This document shows positions 53,937 to 63,520 of a DNA stretch of 64,000 bases, piece after piece; position 1 is the stretch's first letter; every line of letters starts with the position of its first letter. Under the pieces are notes generated by a model. That model had not been told where the DNA came from. It searched no databases and worked only from the letters and a program-made list of their open reading frames with translations. Made by a program: the position numbers and the translations under genes. The stretch spans positions 1 to 64,000 of IMG/VR virus record IMGVR_UViG_3300028800_000061. One strand, written 5' to 3'. The DNA comes from a virus.

Positions 53937-54234
53937 CCCGGTGACCTCCTGTTGCTGCCGCCGATTTGATCGCACACCCCAACAGTACCACAACCATGTA
54001 TGGTTGCATGATACAAGGTTGCGCGGTATCTTCGTATTACCAAACGTAACAGGGGTACAAGGGCAGGTGGAAGGGTATTGATGGCAGTGAGAATGTCAGG
54101 GCTGCGCGTTACCATCAGCGGAAGGTCAGCATGGTGGAGCATCCCTGTGGTCGGCCGGGGCATGATCGGCTGCCGGTTTGGCTGGCTGCGCATCGGCGCG
54201 TTGACCGGCCAGAACCGGGGGAGACGTGCCGGAG

Positions 54235-54552
54235 CTAAGCGGTCAACTGCAGGTCGCGGTCGCGCTGCATCTCGCGCTGGCACTCGGCGGCGGTGAGCAA
54301 CCGGTCAACGTACACGTACCAGGCGAACCCGCCGCCGGCGATCTTGCGGTTCTCCATCCGTACCCTGTGGGTGCGCTTGTACCCTTTGGCGTTGATGGCC
54401 GCCTGCGCCCCGTCATACAAGTCGAGCGCTTTTGCGTGCTCGACCTCACTGCCAACGAACCTGACACGAGGCCCGTTCAGGGCCTTTTCTGACTTACCGC
54501 CGAGAGCGACAACGGCCTGCTCACGGCTGATAGCGGCATGATCTTGGCTCAT
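54235..54552 (-). CDS. Hypothetical protein
   Basis: Protein-like ORF. Confidence 0.5.
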   Translation of the reverse strand: MSQDHAAISREQAVVALGGKSEKALNGPRVRFVGSEVEHAKALDLYDGAQAAINAKGYKRTHRVRMENRKIAGGGFAWYVYVDRLLTAAECQREMQRDRDLQLTA

Positions 54553-54838
54553 GATCATAGAGTGCCACGAACTGCGCTTATCACCTAACGGAACTGCGTG
54601 ATTGCAAGATCCCGCAGCCGTATCACTCGCTGGCACCAGGGCCGCACCACGGCCGGTGAGCAGCAGAGATTTCCCCGCGAACTTTCACCAGGACACGTGC
54701 GAACCGCGCACCAGGCATGCCATGATTGCGTCCGGGCCGGCCGGGAGAACGATCAAACCGGCCCTGTCACACACCGCCGGGGGGAACCCTCGGGCCTCCG
54801 CGCCCAAGGGCAGATGAGGCGGAAGGACACCAGGCCCA

Positions 54839-55126
54839 ATGACCATCATGCTCGACCGGCCAGCCGGCACCACACCAGCGGCAACCATCACCGGCACGAT
54901 CACCGTCCTGCACCAGGCCGGCATCGCACCATTCACATGGGACAAGAGCGACCCGACATCTGTCGCCGCGGCCGCCGCGCGGGTGAAAGAACTGATCCAC
55001 AGCGGCCACCTTGTGTACCAGGCTGACGGCGCGGCCGCCGATAGCGGCGGCACCCAAATCCGGGACCTCGCCGAGTGCCCGGACGCGGAGAACCTCATCG
55101 CAGTCAGGGCGAACGTGGCCGGCTGA
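54839..55126 (+). CDS. Small protein ending in ...NVAG
   Basis: SD AAGGA; TWDKSD..SVAAA...GHLVY...GTQI. Confidence 0.7.
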   Translation: MTIMLDRPAGTTPAATITGTITVLHQAGIAPFTWDKSDPTSVAAAAARVKELIHSGHLVYQADGAAADSGGTQIRDLAECPDAENLIAVRANVAG

Positions 55127-55128
55127 TC

Positions 55129-55794
55129 ATGCCGACTGCTGAAGACCCAGGTGCGCCCGCTGACCAGCACACAGCGGGCGCACCTGGTCCACTGCCGCCC
55201 TTGCGCCTCACCCTGTTCACCAACGCTGTCCGTCACAGCACATGGCCGGCGCGCACGATGCCGAACCTCGATCTCATCACCCGCACCCTGCTCGAAGGCC
55301 GCGACCCTCGCACCGGCCACCCGATCGCCGCCGAAACTGTCCAAGCCGAACTGGACCAGCGCATCCGTGCCCGCGAAGAGATCGCCGTGGCCCGGGCGCG
55401 AGCTGCCCGGACCCGCGAGCAGTCGCTGCGCATCTCACTCACGGACGCATGGGATGCGCAAGAGAAGGTCTTCCTGAGCATCCTCACCCCAGAGCAGACC
55501 GCAACGTACCGCGAGCACCACTACGTTGATGTGATCAGCAACCGCAGCAACCGGTGGCGGATCTTCACCCGCGGCCAAACCGGCAACGTGGCCATGCTCG
55601 ATCCGGACGGCCGCCACCTGCTGGCCAGCGCCTGCGCGCACCCACCAGGCGGCCACCCGGATCCGGCCGCCTGGGTGGCACAGGCACTGATGCTCAAAAC
55701 GGACGAGGAACTGTTCGTTGACTCAGCGAATGTCAGCTGGTGGCAACCAGGCACAGGCCCGCGAATAGCACCAGACGGTCACCACGGCTGGTGA
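55129..55794 (+). CDS. Hypothetical protein with CAHP motif
   Basis: LTPEQ...WRI..G.TGNV...CAHP...AQALMLKTDEELFVDSAN. Confidence 0.7.
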   Translation: MPTAEDPGAPADQHTAGAPGPLPPLRLTLFTNAVRHSTWPARTMPNLDLITRTLLEGRDPRTGHPIAAETVQAELDQRIRAREEIAVARARAARTREQSLRISLTDAWDAQEKVFLSILTPEQTATYREHHYVDVISNRSNRWRIFTRGQTGNVAMLDPDGRHLLASACAHPPGGHPDPAAWVAQALMLKTDEELFVDSANVSWWQPGTGPRIAPDGHHGW

Positions 55795-55923
55795 CCGCCC
55801 GAGAAGTACTTGTGCTGGTGATCTACCGTGTACCCGACCGGTTGATTTCCTCCATCGCAGCGATGGACAGCCCTGTATGCACCAGCATCGGAGTGACCTC
55901 CACCAACTCGACTTTCGAATCAG

Positions 55924-56376
55924 TCATTCAGAGCCACTCTCACACGCGACCACGTTGTGATCACGGTACGCCTGCGCGTCAACTTCCCAGCCCTCATACG
56001 GTTCCCCGAACCTGGCAGCCGATGCGCAGATCCAGATGTCCTGCAACGAACGCAGCACATCACTGGGCAGAGTGTGCCGGGCGGCGAAAAGCACGGCGAC
56101 CGCCTCGTATACGGTTGGTCTAGCCTGCCCAGACACCTGCTTACTGCCAGGCGGCACGACCTGAGTTCCATCGGTACGGCTCTCAGTCCCTAGCAGACGG
56201 TAGAACGGGACAGTCATGTACTCGTCGTGCACAGAGCAGTAAGGTGGCGCCGCCTCATCCCACTCCCCGGCAGGCATCGGATCGCGAGAACACTCAGGCA
56301 GGCAACTCTCATATCGCGGGCAGACAAAGGAAACCAGATAACCGGGAGGGGGAGTAACCTCGGGCCGCGGTATCAA
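55924..56376 (-). CDS. Hypothetical protein
   Basis: Overlaps upstream stop; end of minus-strand operon. Confidence 0.45.
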   Translation of the reverse strand: MIPRPEVTPPPGYLVSFVCPRYESCLPECSRDPMPAGEWDEAAPPYCSVHDEYMTVPFYRLLGTESRTDGTQVVPPGSKQVSGQARPTVYEAVAVLFAARHTLPSDVLRSLQDIWICASAARFGEPYEGWEVDAQAYRDHNVVACESGSE

Positions 56377-56606
56377 CTGTCCTCACTGTCAGCGATCACG
56401 TCGAGCAGGTGGGCGACCCGGCTGACCATATCCCGGTCGGCCCCATCAAAACGTTCAGGCCAGCGGGTCAGCGCGTCACGCAACTGGTCGGCGAGCTCGC
56501 CGGGGTCGAGTGCCGGGTAGTTGCCGCCGCCGATGCCTGCCGCGGCGAACACGGCAGCGACTGCATCTCTCGGATATGGGCCTTTTCTCCGTGGGGTGCC
56601 TGCCAT
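56373..56606 (-). CDS. Hypothetical protein
   Basis: SD AAGGA before ATG 56606. Confidence 0.55.
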   Translation of the reverse strand: MAGTPRRKGPYPRDAVAAVFAAAGIGGGNYPALDPGELADQLRDALTRWPERFDGADRDMVSRVAHLLDVIADSEDS

Positions 56607-57043
56607 GAGGATTCCTTCCTGGGGGAGCGGCTCACCTGCGTACCGGCCGGTGGCCCGGGGCATGCTCGCGTGGCCGGTGCGGGTGCCGCCCATGACCGCA
56701 CGACGCGGAGTGGTCACCCGGTTCGGCTTACGCATCACCATGAAACCCAGTATAGCCCAACTGTACGAAGAAACACCCGTGCAGTTCGCAGATCATGGCC
56801 ACATTTTTCGGCACCCGTTCCGGTGGCACCGCAGCACCACATCCACCCGGTCGGCCGGGCGGGCCAGCTCCAGGATCAGCATTGGAACACCGCACTGGCC
56901 GCCACCATCATCATGGATGATGTGGTACCGGCCGCCCCGGCCCGGATGATCGAACCAAGATGCGTCCCGCGGTGCCGCCTGCCCGGCGCGAGGCTCCGTG
57001 CCGGACCCGAGATCCCAGCCGCGTATCCGGCGCCCAGCAGCGG

Positions 57044-57634
57044 TCATTCCGCACGCCGGCCCGCTGATCCATGCCACACAGAAAGAAAGGCTTCAACAAG
57101 TCCTGACGCCCGCGCGCACGCTTCACCAGCGGGGACTCTGCGTCTGGCGATCGACGCTAGAGAATCAGCTGCCTCGTTCAACGGGTGACCGGCATGCCCG
57201 GGAACATGCTCTACCGCGAGAATGCGATGCCATCCATTCATTAGCAAGGCCAGCCGGACCAGCGTTGGCGCCTGGCCACCGCTACGCTGCCGCAGGCTGT
57301 ATCCCTCAGGCATCCTGTCGGTATCTCCCCGCTGCCAGGACCGCAGGTACTCAACCGCAGCTTTGCTGTCCACCAGCAGGATCGCCGGGTCTGGCCCGCT
57401 GGAATCCTCGAACAGGAGCGCGACCGCGCGGAGTTCCGCGACTAGTACAACAGACGAGCCGGTCGGGTCGATGTACCCGCCAGGGCTGACCCAGCTGCGG
57501 AGCCCCCACCGGCCATCGGATACGACATAGGCGATCCCAGCGGTTCCACGCTTGAACGATGCATCGGTGGCTGCCGCTACCGGATCTTTGCCGATGAAGC
57601 CGGGAACTGCGCCACGTCTCGCTGAGGCAGTCAT
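57044..57634 (-). CDS. Ribonuclease HI-like protein
   Basis: TDAS, AELRAV, VDSKAA, HVPGHAGHPLNEAADSLA. Confidence 0.88.
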   Translation of the reverse strand: MTASARRGAVPGFIGKDPVAAATDASFKRGTAGIAYVVSDGRWGLRSWVSPGGYIDPTGSSVVLVAELRAVALLFEDSSGPDPAILLVDSKAAVEYLRSWQRGDTDRMPEGYSLRQRSGGQAPTLVRLALLMNGWHRILAVEHVPGHAGHPLNEAADSLASIARRRVPAGEACARASGLVEAFLSVWHGSAGRRAE

Positions 57635-57828
57635 AGTCCACTGCCATGCGGAGCGCACCACCGGCCGGTGTCACGGAAACCACGGAGCCACGCCTGGGCG
57701 GTGCGCACGTCGAGCACAGCCGGTTCTTCTCCGCTGCCCAGGACTGTGGTCATGTCCGTGATCAGGTCGTCGATCTCGACGAGCAGCTTCTCTATGACCG
57801 TCCGCTCCTGATCACTGAAGGGAGTCAC
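57631..57828 (-). CDS. Hypothetical protein
   Basis: 4-bp overlaps on both sides. Confidence 0.55.
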   Translation of the reverse strand: MTPFSDQERTVIEKLLVEIDDLITDMTTVLGSGEEPAVLDVRTAQAWLRGFRDTGRWCAPHGSGL

Positions 57829-58379
57829 CGGCCCGCCTTGTCGGCCGCGAGCTGCTCGGTGACCCATTTGACTGCCGCACGCCGTGATGGCCAGTCCTGG
57901 TCGGCGTGGACACGGACGATGCCGTGCTCGGTAAGCCAAAGCCCCGCGAACCATTTGATCCCACCGCGCGGGCCAAGATTCCACCCGATCACACCGGCAA
58001 CCGCATCGTACGATTGGGGGCGCTCCTTCGTTTCGGTCACGTAGAAGGTGGTCGGGCCGCGGGTGTCGTTGTGCCAGATTCGCGGGCCGGGATGCAACCA
58101 CAAGCTGCCTACGCGCTCCGGTTTGGCCCCGTAGCCGACCTGATCGGCGTGAGTGCGCTCCACGCTGGCAGGCTCGCGATCGAAGGTTTCGAACGAAACG
58201 GCACCGCAGTCATGGCACGCGAACCGGAAGACGATCTCGCGGATGTCCGCCCCGGAGAAATCGGTCCGGGTGTACCTGGTGACCTCCCACGAGTTCGCTT
58301 GGCGTCGCGGGCACACCGGCTCGTGCGCGGCCGCGGGCACGAACTCGAAGTACAAACGCTTGATGTCGAGGGTGATCAT
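57825..58379 (-). CDS. Hypothetical protein
   Basis: Coupled to recombinase stop. Confidence 0.65.
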   Translation of the reverse strand: MITLDIKRLYFEFVPAAAHEPVCPRRQANSWEVTRYTRTDFSGADIREIVFRFACHDCGAVSFETFDREPASVERTHADQVGYGAKPERVGSLWLHPGPRIWHNDTRGPTTFYVTETKERPQSYDAVAGVIGWNLGPRGGIKWFAGLWLTEHGIVRVHADQDWPSRRAAVKWVTEQLAADKAGR

Positions 58380-59383
58380 GGTGACTGGGTGCCTCCGATC
58401 TCAGCGGGGGAGGGGAGATGCAGCGTGTCCACGACATCGCGGATCGCCCGGCCCCCACGGTGGTCGTACAGCGCTGTCGTGGCCGGTGAATCATGGCCGA
58501 CAGCGCGCTGCGCGTGGACAAGATCAAGGCCGGCATCGAGGACATCACCGACGAACGTCCGCCGGAAGTCGTGTGTCGACAAGGGCGGCAGCCCGGCCTG
58601 CTGCCGGCGCTCATTAACAATCCGGCCGATAGACCGCGCGTTCAGCCGGTCAGTGCCAATGTGACCCCACCGGTCGATCGGCCGGAAGATAGCGCCGCGG
58701 CGATCGCCAAGCACAACCAGCCACCGGTCAAAGTGGGGGGCGGCGGCGGTGCTGATGTACACCGTCCGCTGCTTGTTACCTTTGCCGATCACCTGCAGAG
58801 CGCGCTCACCCGGGTTGTAGCACTCAATCACCGCGCTGGCCGTTTCCTCCCGCCGGCATCCGGTGGAGTAGAGGAACGCCAGCACGGCCGCATCCCGGAT
58901 CCCGATCAGAGTCGGCCCGCCGGTCTGGTCATCGGGTTTCAGGCAGATCCGCAGGAGGGCTTCCCGCTCGTCTGCGTGGATGGTGCGGCCGGCCGGCTCC
59001 CGGTGGCCTTTCAGCCCGTCGATGTCGATGGCACGCTGGTAGTCGTCGGCGGTCATGAGCTGCAGCCGCCAGCACTCTTTCAGGATCTGCCGGAGAGCGG
59101 ACAGGTGCTGGTTGAAGCTGCTGGGGGACCAGTGCAGATCCAGCATGGCGGCCCGTACAGCGGCGGTGTGCTCGTACCTCAGGTCCCACCAGGCCCGGCT
59201 CGCGCCGGTAATGTGGTCTCCGTGGATCGGCTCGCTGGCTTCCTGGCCGAGGACAATCATGGTGATGCTGTCTAGGCAGCGGCGCATCGCCCGCCGGGAC
59301 TCGTCGCTTTGAAGGTTGTCCAGGTACACCCAGTACGGATCCCGGGACCGGGTGGGTGGCGGATCGACCAGCGTAAGAGGCAT
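58376..59383 (-). CDS. Tyrosine recombinase (XerC/D-like integrase/resolvase)
   Basis: RDAAVLAFLYSTGCRREE, GKGNKQR, HDFRRTF, VGH...TTALY. Confidence 0.95.
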   Translation of the reverse strand: MPLTLVDPPPTRSRDPYWVYLDNLQSDESRRAMRRCLDSITMIVLGQEASEPIHGDHITGASRAWWDLRYEHTAAVRAAMLDLHWSPSSFNQHLSALRQILKECWRLQLMTADDYQRAIDIDGLKGHREPAGRTIHADEREALLRICLKPDDQTGGPTLIGIRDAAVLAFLYSTGCRREETASAVIECYNPGERALQVIGKGNKQRTVYISTAAAPHFDRWLVVLGDRRGAIFRPIDRWGHIGTDRLNARSIGRIVNERRQQAGLPPLSTHDFRRTFVGDVLDAGLDLVHAQRAVGHDSPATTALYDHRGGRAIRDVVDTLHLPSPAEIGGTQSP

Positions 59384-59594
59384 TCAGTGGTTCCCCTCTT
59401 TCTCCGTGGGGACAGGGATCATTCTCCCCGATGCGGTCAAGCTCAGCGTTCACCCGGGCCAGGTCATCTGGGGTGTAGACGTCTTCCCAGGATCCCGGGC
59501 CGGTCTCAGTCCGGCGGAAAATGTCAATCCACTCGGCGGCGAGGGACCGGGCCTCACGGGCGGCTTGCCTCCTGTCCACGATCAGGCCTTCATC

Positions 59595-60008
59595 TCATTC
59601 GGGGGTTGGAGCATCATCAGCATCCTGTCTGTGGCAGTAGCCGTAGTCGCCCGTGATCGGGCCCGCCAGGACCCATCCCTCGTTGTGCAGGGTCTGGAGG
59701 TAGTCGGCGAAGGTGCGCACCTTCTGCGCGGCTTCATTGAGCGTCCGGGCGCCGTCCAGAGCCCACTTGGCTCGCACGATCTTCATTTCGTCACCGAAAC
59801 CAGCAAGCGCCGAGGCGGTATCGGGGGTGAGCGCCGGGTCCGCGAGCACGGTGCGGGCCTCCCTCGGCAAGGTTGTGCCAGCGAGCATCTCATCGACCCT
59901 GAGACCGAGGGCGCGAGCTTCGTACTCTGGCATGCCAGAGTGGATCCAGCGGGCGAGCCGTTCAGCGCGCTGACGTGAGACCCGCGGATCGTTGACGGAA
60001 TCAGGCAT
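59595..60008 (-). CDS. Hypothetical protein
   Basis: SD AAGGAG; RAKWALDGA.TL.EAA...GW.L..PI. Confidence 0.7.
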   Translation of the reverse strand: MPDSVNDPRVSRQRAERLARWIHSGMPEYEARALGLRVDEMLAGTTLPREARTVLADPALTPDTASALAGFGDEMKIVRAKWALDGARTLNEAAQKVRTFADYLQTLHNEGWVLAGPITGDYGYCHRQDADDAPTPE

Positions 60009-60024
60009 TGGTCGTTCTCCTTAC

Positions 60025-60321
60025 CTAGTTAGGCGGTTTGTCTTCCTCGCCGCCAAGGATCCGTTCCGGCGTGCCGAACGTCTCGGCGAGGTCAGCCCAC
60101 GTGGGGTCATCGCTGCAGGCGGCCAGCTCGTTGACGCGACGGTAAATGCGCTGCCGTTCAGCAGTCATCACGGCCTTGCACTCATCGGGGCTGCCGCATA
60201 CGCGTTGGCCGAGTTCACGGGCCAGGAAGCACAGCGCGCCGATCTTGGCGGGCTCGGGGCCGTATGCCTGGCAGTACCACTCGGCGTCCTGCGCCTCACG
60301 CGCGCCCGCGGTGCTGTTCAT
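60025..60321 (-). CDS. Hypothetical protein
   Basis: ATGA overlap. Confidence 0.55.
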   Translation of the reverse strand: MNSTAGAREAQDAEWYCQAYGPEPAKIGALCFLARELGQRVCGSPDECKAVMTAERQRIYRRVNELAACSDDPTWADLAETFGTPERILGGEEDKPPN

Positions 60322-60632
60322 AGGGCATCGGCCTGGTCGCGCGTGTACTTGCCGTCTACGACTCCCCAGAACACTTTCTGAATGTCAGGATCACCCGTGT
60401 GGCGCGAGTTGAGCAGCCAGTCGATCGCTTGATTCCAGCGATCCTCGGCGTTCCTTCTGGCGAAGGTCACGGGCCCGAGTTTCTGGAGGATGAGATCCGC
60501 GACCTTCTCGCCGGTCAGGTCACCGGGCAGGCTGTGGCGGTGGTTCATCATGCGGGTAACCGCCAAGACAAGGTTCGCCCGGGTGATTTCAAAACCGTTG
60601 AGAAGGTCAGCCTCGGTGAGTTGCCGGCTCAT
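60318..60632 (-). CDS. Hypothetical protein
   Basis: Co-oriented small ORF. Confidence 0.6.
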   Translation of the reverse strand: MSRQLTEADLLNGFEITRANLVLAVTRMMNHRHSLPGDLTGEKVADLILQKLGPVTFARRNAEDRWNQAIDWLLNSRHTGDPDIQKVFWGVVDGKYTRDQADAL

Positions 60633-60636
60633 CTAG

Positions 60637-60933
60637 TTACGACTTCCTCTCCCTCTTGTGGGAGCACGGGGAGCCGCACTTATCGTCGTCGCAGTGGGGG
60701 GCACCCCAGTGGATGACAGACGGATCCGCGTCTGGGCCGCGATCCCAGCGGAGTACCGTGCCTTTGGTTTCGATCGGATAGACGCCGACGCCGATGCGGC
60801 CGTCGGCTAGCTGGAACAGCGTGATCTGTGCGGGCAGTGGGGCGCCGTCCGCTGCGGTGAACATCGCATAGATGTCCCGTTGGGCGCCAAACGGGACGGG
60901 AATCTCAGTGTGTGGGGGCCGTATGGGGGGCAT
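60637..60933 (-). CDS. Hypothetical protein
   Basis: Co-oriented small ORF. Confidence 0.55.
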   Translation of the reverse strand: MPPIRPPHTEIPVPFGAQRDIYAMFTAADGAPLPAQITLFQLADGRIGVGVYPIETKGTVLRWDRGPDADPSVIHWGAPHCDDDKCGSPCSHKRERKS

Positions 60934-60936
60934 CGA

Positions 60937-61215
60937 TCATCTTCCTTGCTTACGTAGCGTGACTTTGACGGCGCAACCGTAACCGTCTGTATTGGGTCCG
61001 GCTTGCTTGGCGGTGTAGCCGCGGCCGTGAAGGTACAACTCGACGGCCAGGGCGTTGCCGCCGGAGTTCACCCGGATGATGACAGCGCCTGGTGCGCGCT
61101 CGACTGCGCGCAGGGCTTCGGGTGCGGGGTATCTGAGGCGCTCGCTGATCGCGCGGCGCGCGTGGTTCGTGAGATGACGCATGTCAAGCCGGGCGGGGGA
61201 TGGTTTGAGTGCCAC
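60937..61215 (-). CDS. Hypothetical protein
   Basis: SD AGGAGG. Confidence 0.6.
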   Translation of the reverse strand: MALKPSPARLDMRHLTNHARRAISERLRYPAPEALRAVERAPGAVIIRVNSGGNALAVELYLHGRGYTAKQAGPNTDGYGCAVKVTLRKQGR

Positions 61216-61326
61216 GTGAGCCTCCTGTCAACGTCCGGTAATTACCATTACCGGACGCCAGGATAACCCAGACCCAGAAGGGGATGCGGGACCAAAACGC
61301 CGGCGCGCCGGCCTACCATCAACCCC

Positions 61327-61638
61327 ATGGAATGCCGGATAGACGACGACGGTGGTGCGGTTGTCCTGGCCATCGAGGCGGGCGATCGCCCGCAGTCGCT
61401 GTGGGCGCGCGTCGGGCCCGTGTACGACGGTGACACCGTCCGCAGTGAGCCCGGAGTTTGGATCAACTACCAGCGACATCACCTGAACGGCCGCTTGTCC
61501 GGGCCGGTTCTGCTGACCCCTGCAGTGTGGCAGCAGCTCGTCCAGAGTGTCGAGGATAGACTGACCGGCCTGGCTGCACCGCGCCCAAAGGGCTGGTTGA
61601 GGAAGCTAGTCGACAGGCGGACTACGCAGCAGAAATAG
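61327..61638 (+). CDS. Hypothetical protein
   Basis: Protein-like ORF. Confidence 0.55.
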   Translation: MECRIDDDGGAVVLAIEAGDRPQSLWARVGPVYDGDTVRSEPGVWINYQRHHLNGRLSGPVLLTPAVWQQLVQSVEDRLTGLAAPRPKGWLRKLVDRRTTQQK

Positions 61639-61743
61639 CGGCATCTTGACATCGCGCCGGGAGTCAGGTCACTTTCCGGGACGCCACGCCGGACATTTCA
61701 TGACCGTCACGGGCGGATGGCGCCCAGTGACAGAATGGCGCGC

Positions 61744-62283
61744 ATGCCAAGCAAAGCGCCCGGAGTAATCATCGCGCTCGCGCTCGCGCTCGCTGTAAGC
61801 GCGTGCGGGACCTCGTCGGGACCAGCGGCGGCGCCGTTCTCTGCCAGGCCGCACGCGACGCCCACTTTCGTGTATCCCGGGGATCCGCAGTGTGCCATCA
61901 CCTACCGCGACGATGGTGACGGCACGATGAGCTGGACCGCTACCGTCACTGTCGCCGGGGAGCTCATCACGCACGCCGCCGACATCGAAGGCAACATTTA
62001 CCGCCATGTCGTGCAGGTTAGCCCCGGCCCGAACCGGTTCATGGCCCCGGTGCCGCTCTCACAGGTTGACGATATGGGCGGCAACCTGGACGGCGCGGGC
62101 GCTTCGTACGGCTGCTCGGTCGCACCACAGTTATCGTCGGGGCCCCCCGGAAGGGGTTCTGGAAGCAACACGCCGGGTATGCCAGCTACTTTCCGTGTCG
62201 CGCCGCTCACCGGGACACGGCATGATGATCTGCGTGAATCACCGGAATCCCGCACCACCCGACGGGCCAGGTTCCGCCTCTGA
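61744..62283 (+). CDS. Putative lipoprotein
   Basis: Signal peptide with lipobox VSAC. Confidence 0.6.
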   Translation: MPSKAPGVIIALALALAVSACGTSSGPAAAPFSARPHATPTFVYPGDPQCAITYRDDGDGTMSWTATVTVAGELITHAADIEGNIYRHVVQVSPGPNRFMAPVPLSQVDDMGGNLDGAGASYGCSVAPQLSSGPPGRGSGSNTPGMPATFRVAPLTGTRHDDLRESPESRTTRRARFRL

Positions 62284-63520
62284 CCTGATTGCCGCGCTGC
62301 GGGAGCGGGCGCCCCGCCTGGCGGTCGCGGTCGCTGCCGGGCAGGCGGCGTGGCCGGCGGTGGCCCAGCTGAGGGTGAAGGCGCGCGAGCGCTCCACTTA
62401 CACCGTCAAGATCCCCGGCACCGACGACATTTACGACGAACTGCACGAGTGGGTCCTGGGCCTGCTGCCATCCCGGGAGCAGCGTGCCCTCGTCGCCTGG
62501 TCCTCGAAGCGCTCCGCCGTGGACATGGACGACCTGGGGCAGCGGCGGGCCGCGCCGGCGCTGCGGCTGCGGTACGACGGGACCCGGGAGCAGTCGATCA
62601 CCATCGGCGGGCACAAGGTCAAGGTGATCGTGTCGGACGGCGGCCCGGTCGCGTCCGCCGGGGACCGGTGGCGGCCACCGGAGATCATATTCACCGCCGG
62701 CTCGCTGCAGGCGCGGGAGGCGCTCCTGGGGGAGATTGACGGGGTGCTGAGGCGCACCCACCAGGCGAGGCGGCAGCCGTCGTTCCGGATGCTTGACAAG
62801 TGGGGCGACTGGGAGCGGCTGGACGACCTGCCGCGCCGCGGCCTGGACAGCGTGATCCTCCCGCCGGGGCAGCTGGAGCGGCTCACCGCCGACGTGGGCC
62901 GGTTCCTGGCCGCCGAGCAGGACTACGTGCGCAGGTGCATCCCCTGGCACCGGGGCCACCTGTACGAGGGCCCGCCGGGGACCGGGAAAACGTCGGTGGC
63001 CAGGGCGCTGGCCAGCCACTACGGCATGGACGTGTGGTACCTGCCGCTCGCGGACGTGGCGAAGGACGGCGAGCTGCTGCGGATGGTGACCCGGGTCACG
63101 CCCCGGTCGATGCTGCTACTGGAGGACATTGACGTGTTCAGCGCCGCCGCGCAGCGCGACGACAGCACCGCCGCACAGGACGACGGGGGGAACGTGACCT
63201 TGTCCGGGCTGCTCAACACCCTGGACGGGATCGCCACCCCGCACGGCCTGCTGACCGTGCTGACCACCAACAGGCCTGAGGTGCTCGATGACGCGGTGAT
63301 CCGGCCGGGCCGCATTGACCTGACCGAGCATTTCTCCGTCGCCGACGACGACCAGGTGGCCCGGCTGGTGGGCCGCTACTACGACCAGCCCGCACCGGAC
63401 GCGGCGGGACTCGGCGGGGTCGCACCAGCGGACGTCGTTGAGGTGTGCAAACGGCATGACGACCTGGTGGCAGTGCTCACCGAGCTCGCCGGTGGGGCCG
63501 AAATGGTCCGGGTTCCGTGA
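62222..63520 (+). CDS. BCS1-like AAA+ ATPase
   Basis: IPWHRGHLYEGPPGTGKTS, LLEDID, TLSGLLNTLDG, TTN...RPGRID. Confidence 0.9.
   Translation: MMICVNHRNPAPPDGPGSASDLIAALRERAPRLAVAVAAGQAAWPAVAQLRVKARERSTYTVKIPGTDDIYDELHEWVLGLLPSREQRALVAWSSKRSAVDMDDLGQRRAAPALRLRYDGTREQSITIGGHKVKVIVSDGGPVASAGDRWRPPEIIFTAGSLQAREALLGEIDGVLRRTHQARRQPSFRMLDKWGDWERLDDLPRRGLDSVILPPGQLERLTADVGRFLAAEQDYVRRCIPWHRGHLYEGPPGTGKTSVARALASHYGMDVWYLPLADVAKDGELLRMVTRVTPRSMLLLEDIDVFSAAAQRDDSTAAQDDGGNVTLSGLLNTLDGIATPHGLLTVLTTNRPEVLDDAVIRPGRIDLTEHFSVADDDQVARLVGRYYDQPAPDAAGLGGVAPADVVEVCKRHDDLVAVLTELAGGAEMVRVP

Noticed and set aside
58929-59579. 216-aa ORF overlapping the recombinase
   Set aside because: Only the first ~52 codons look protein-like; probably a short gene with a frameshift near 59420 that should stop at 59384
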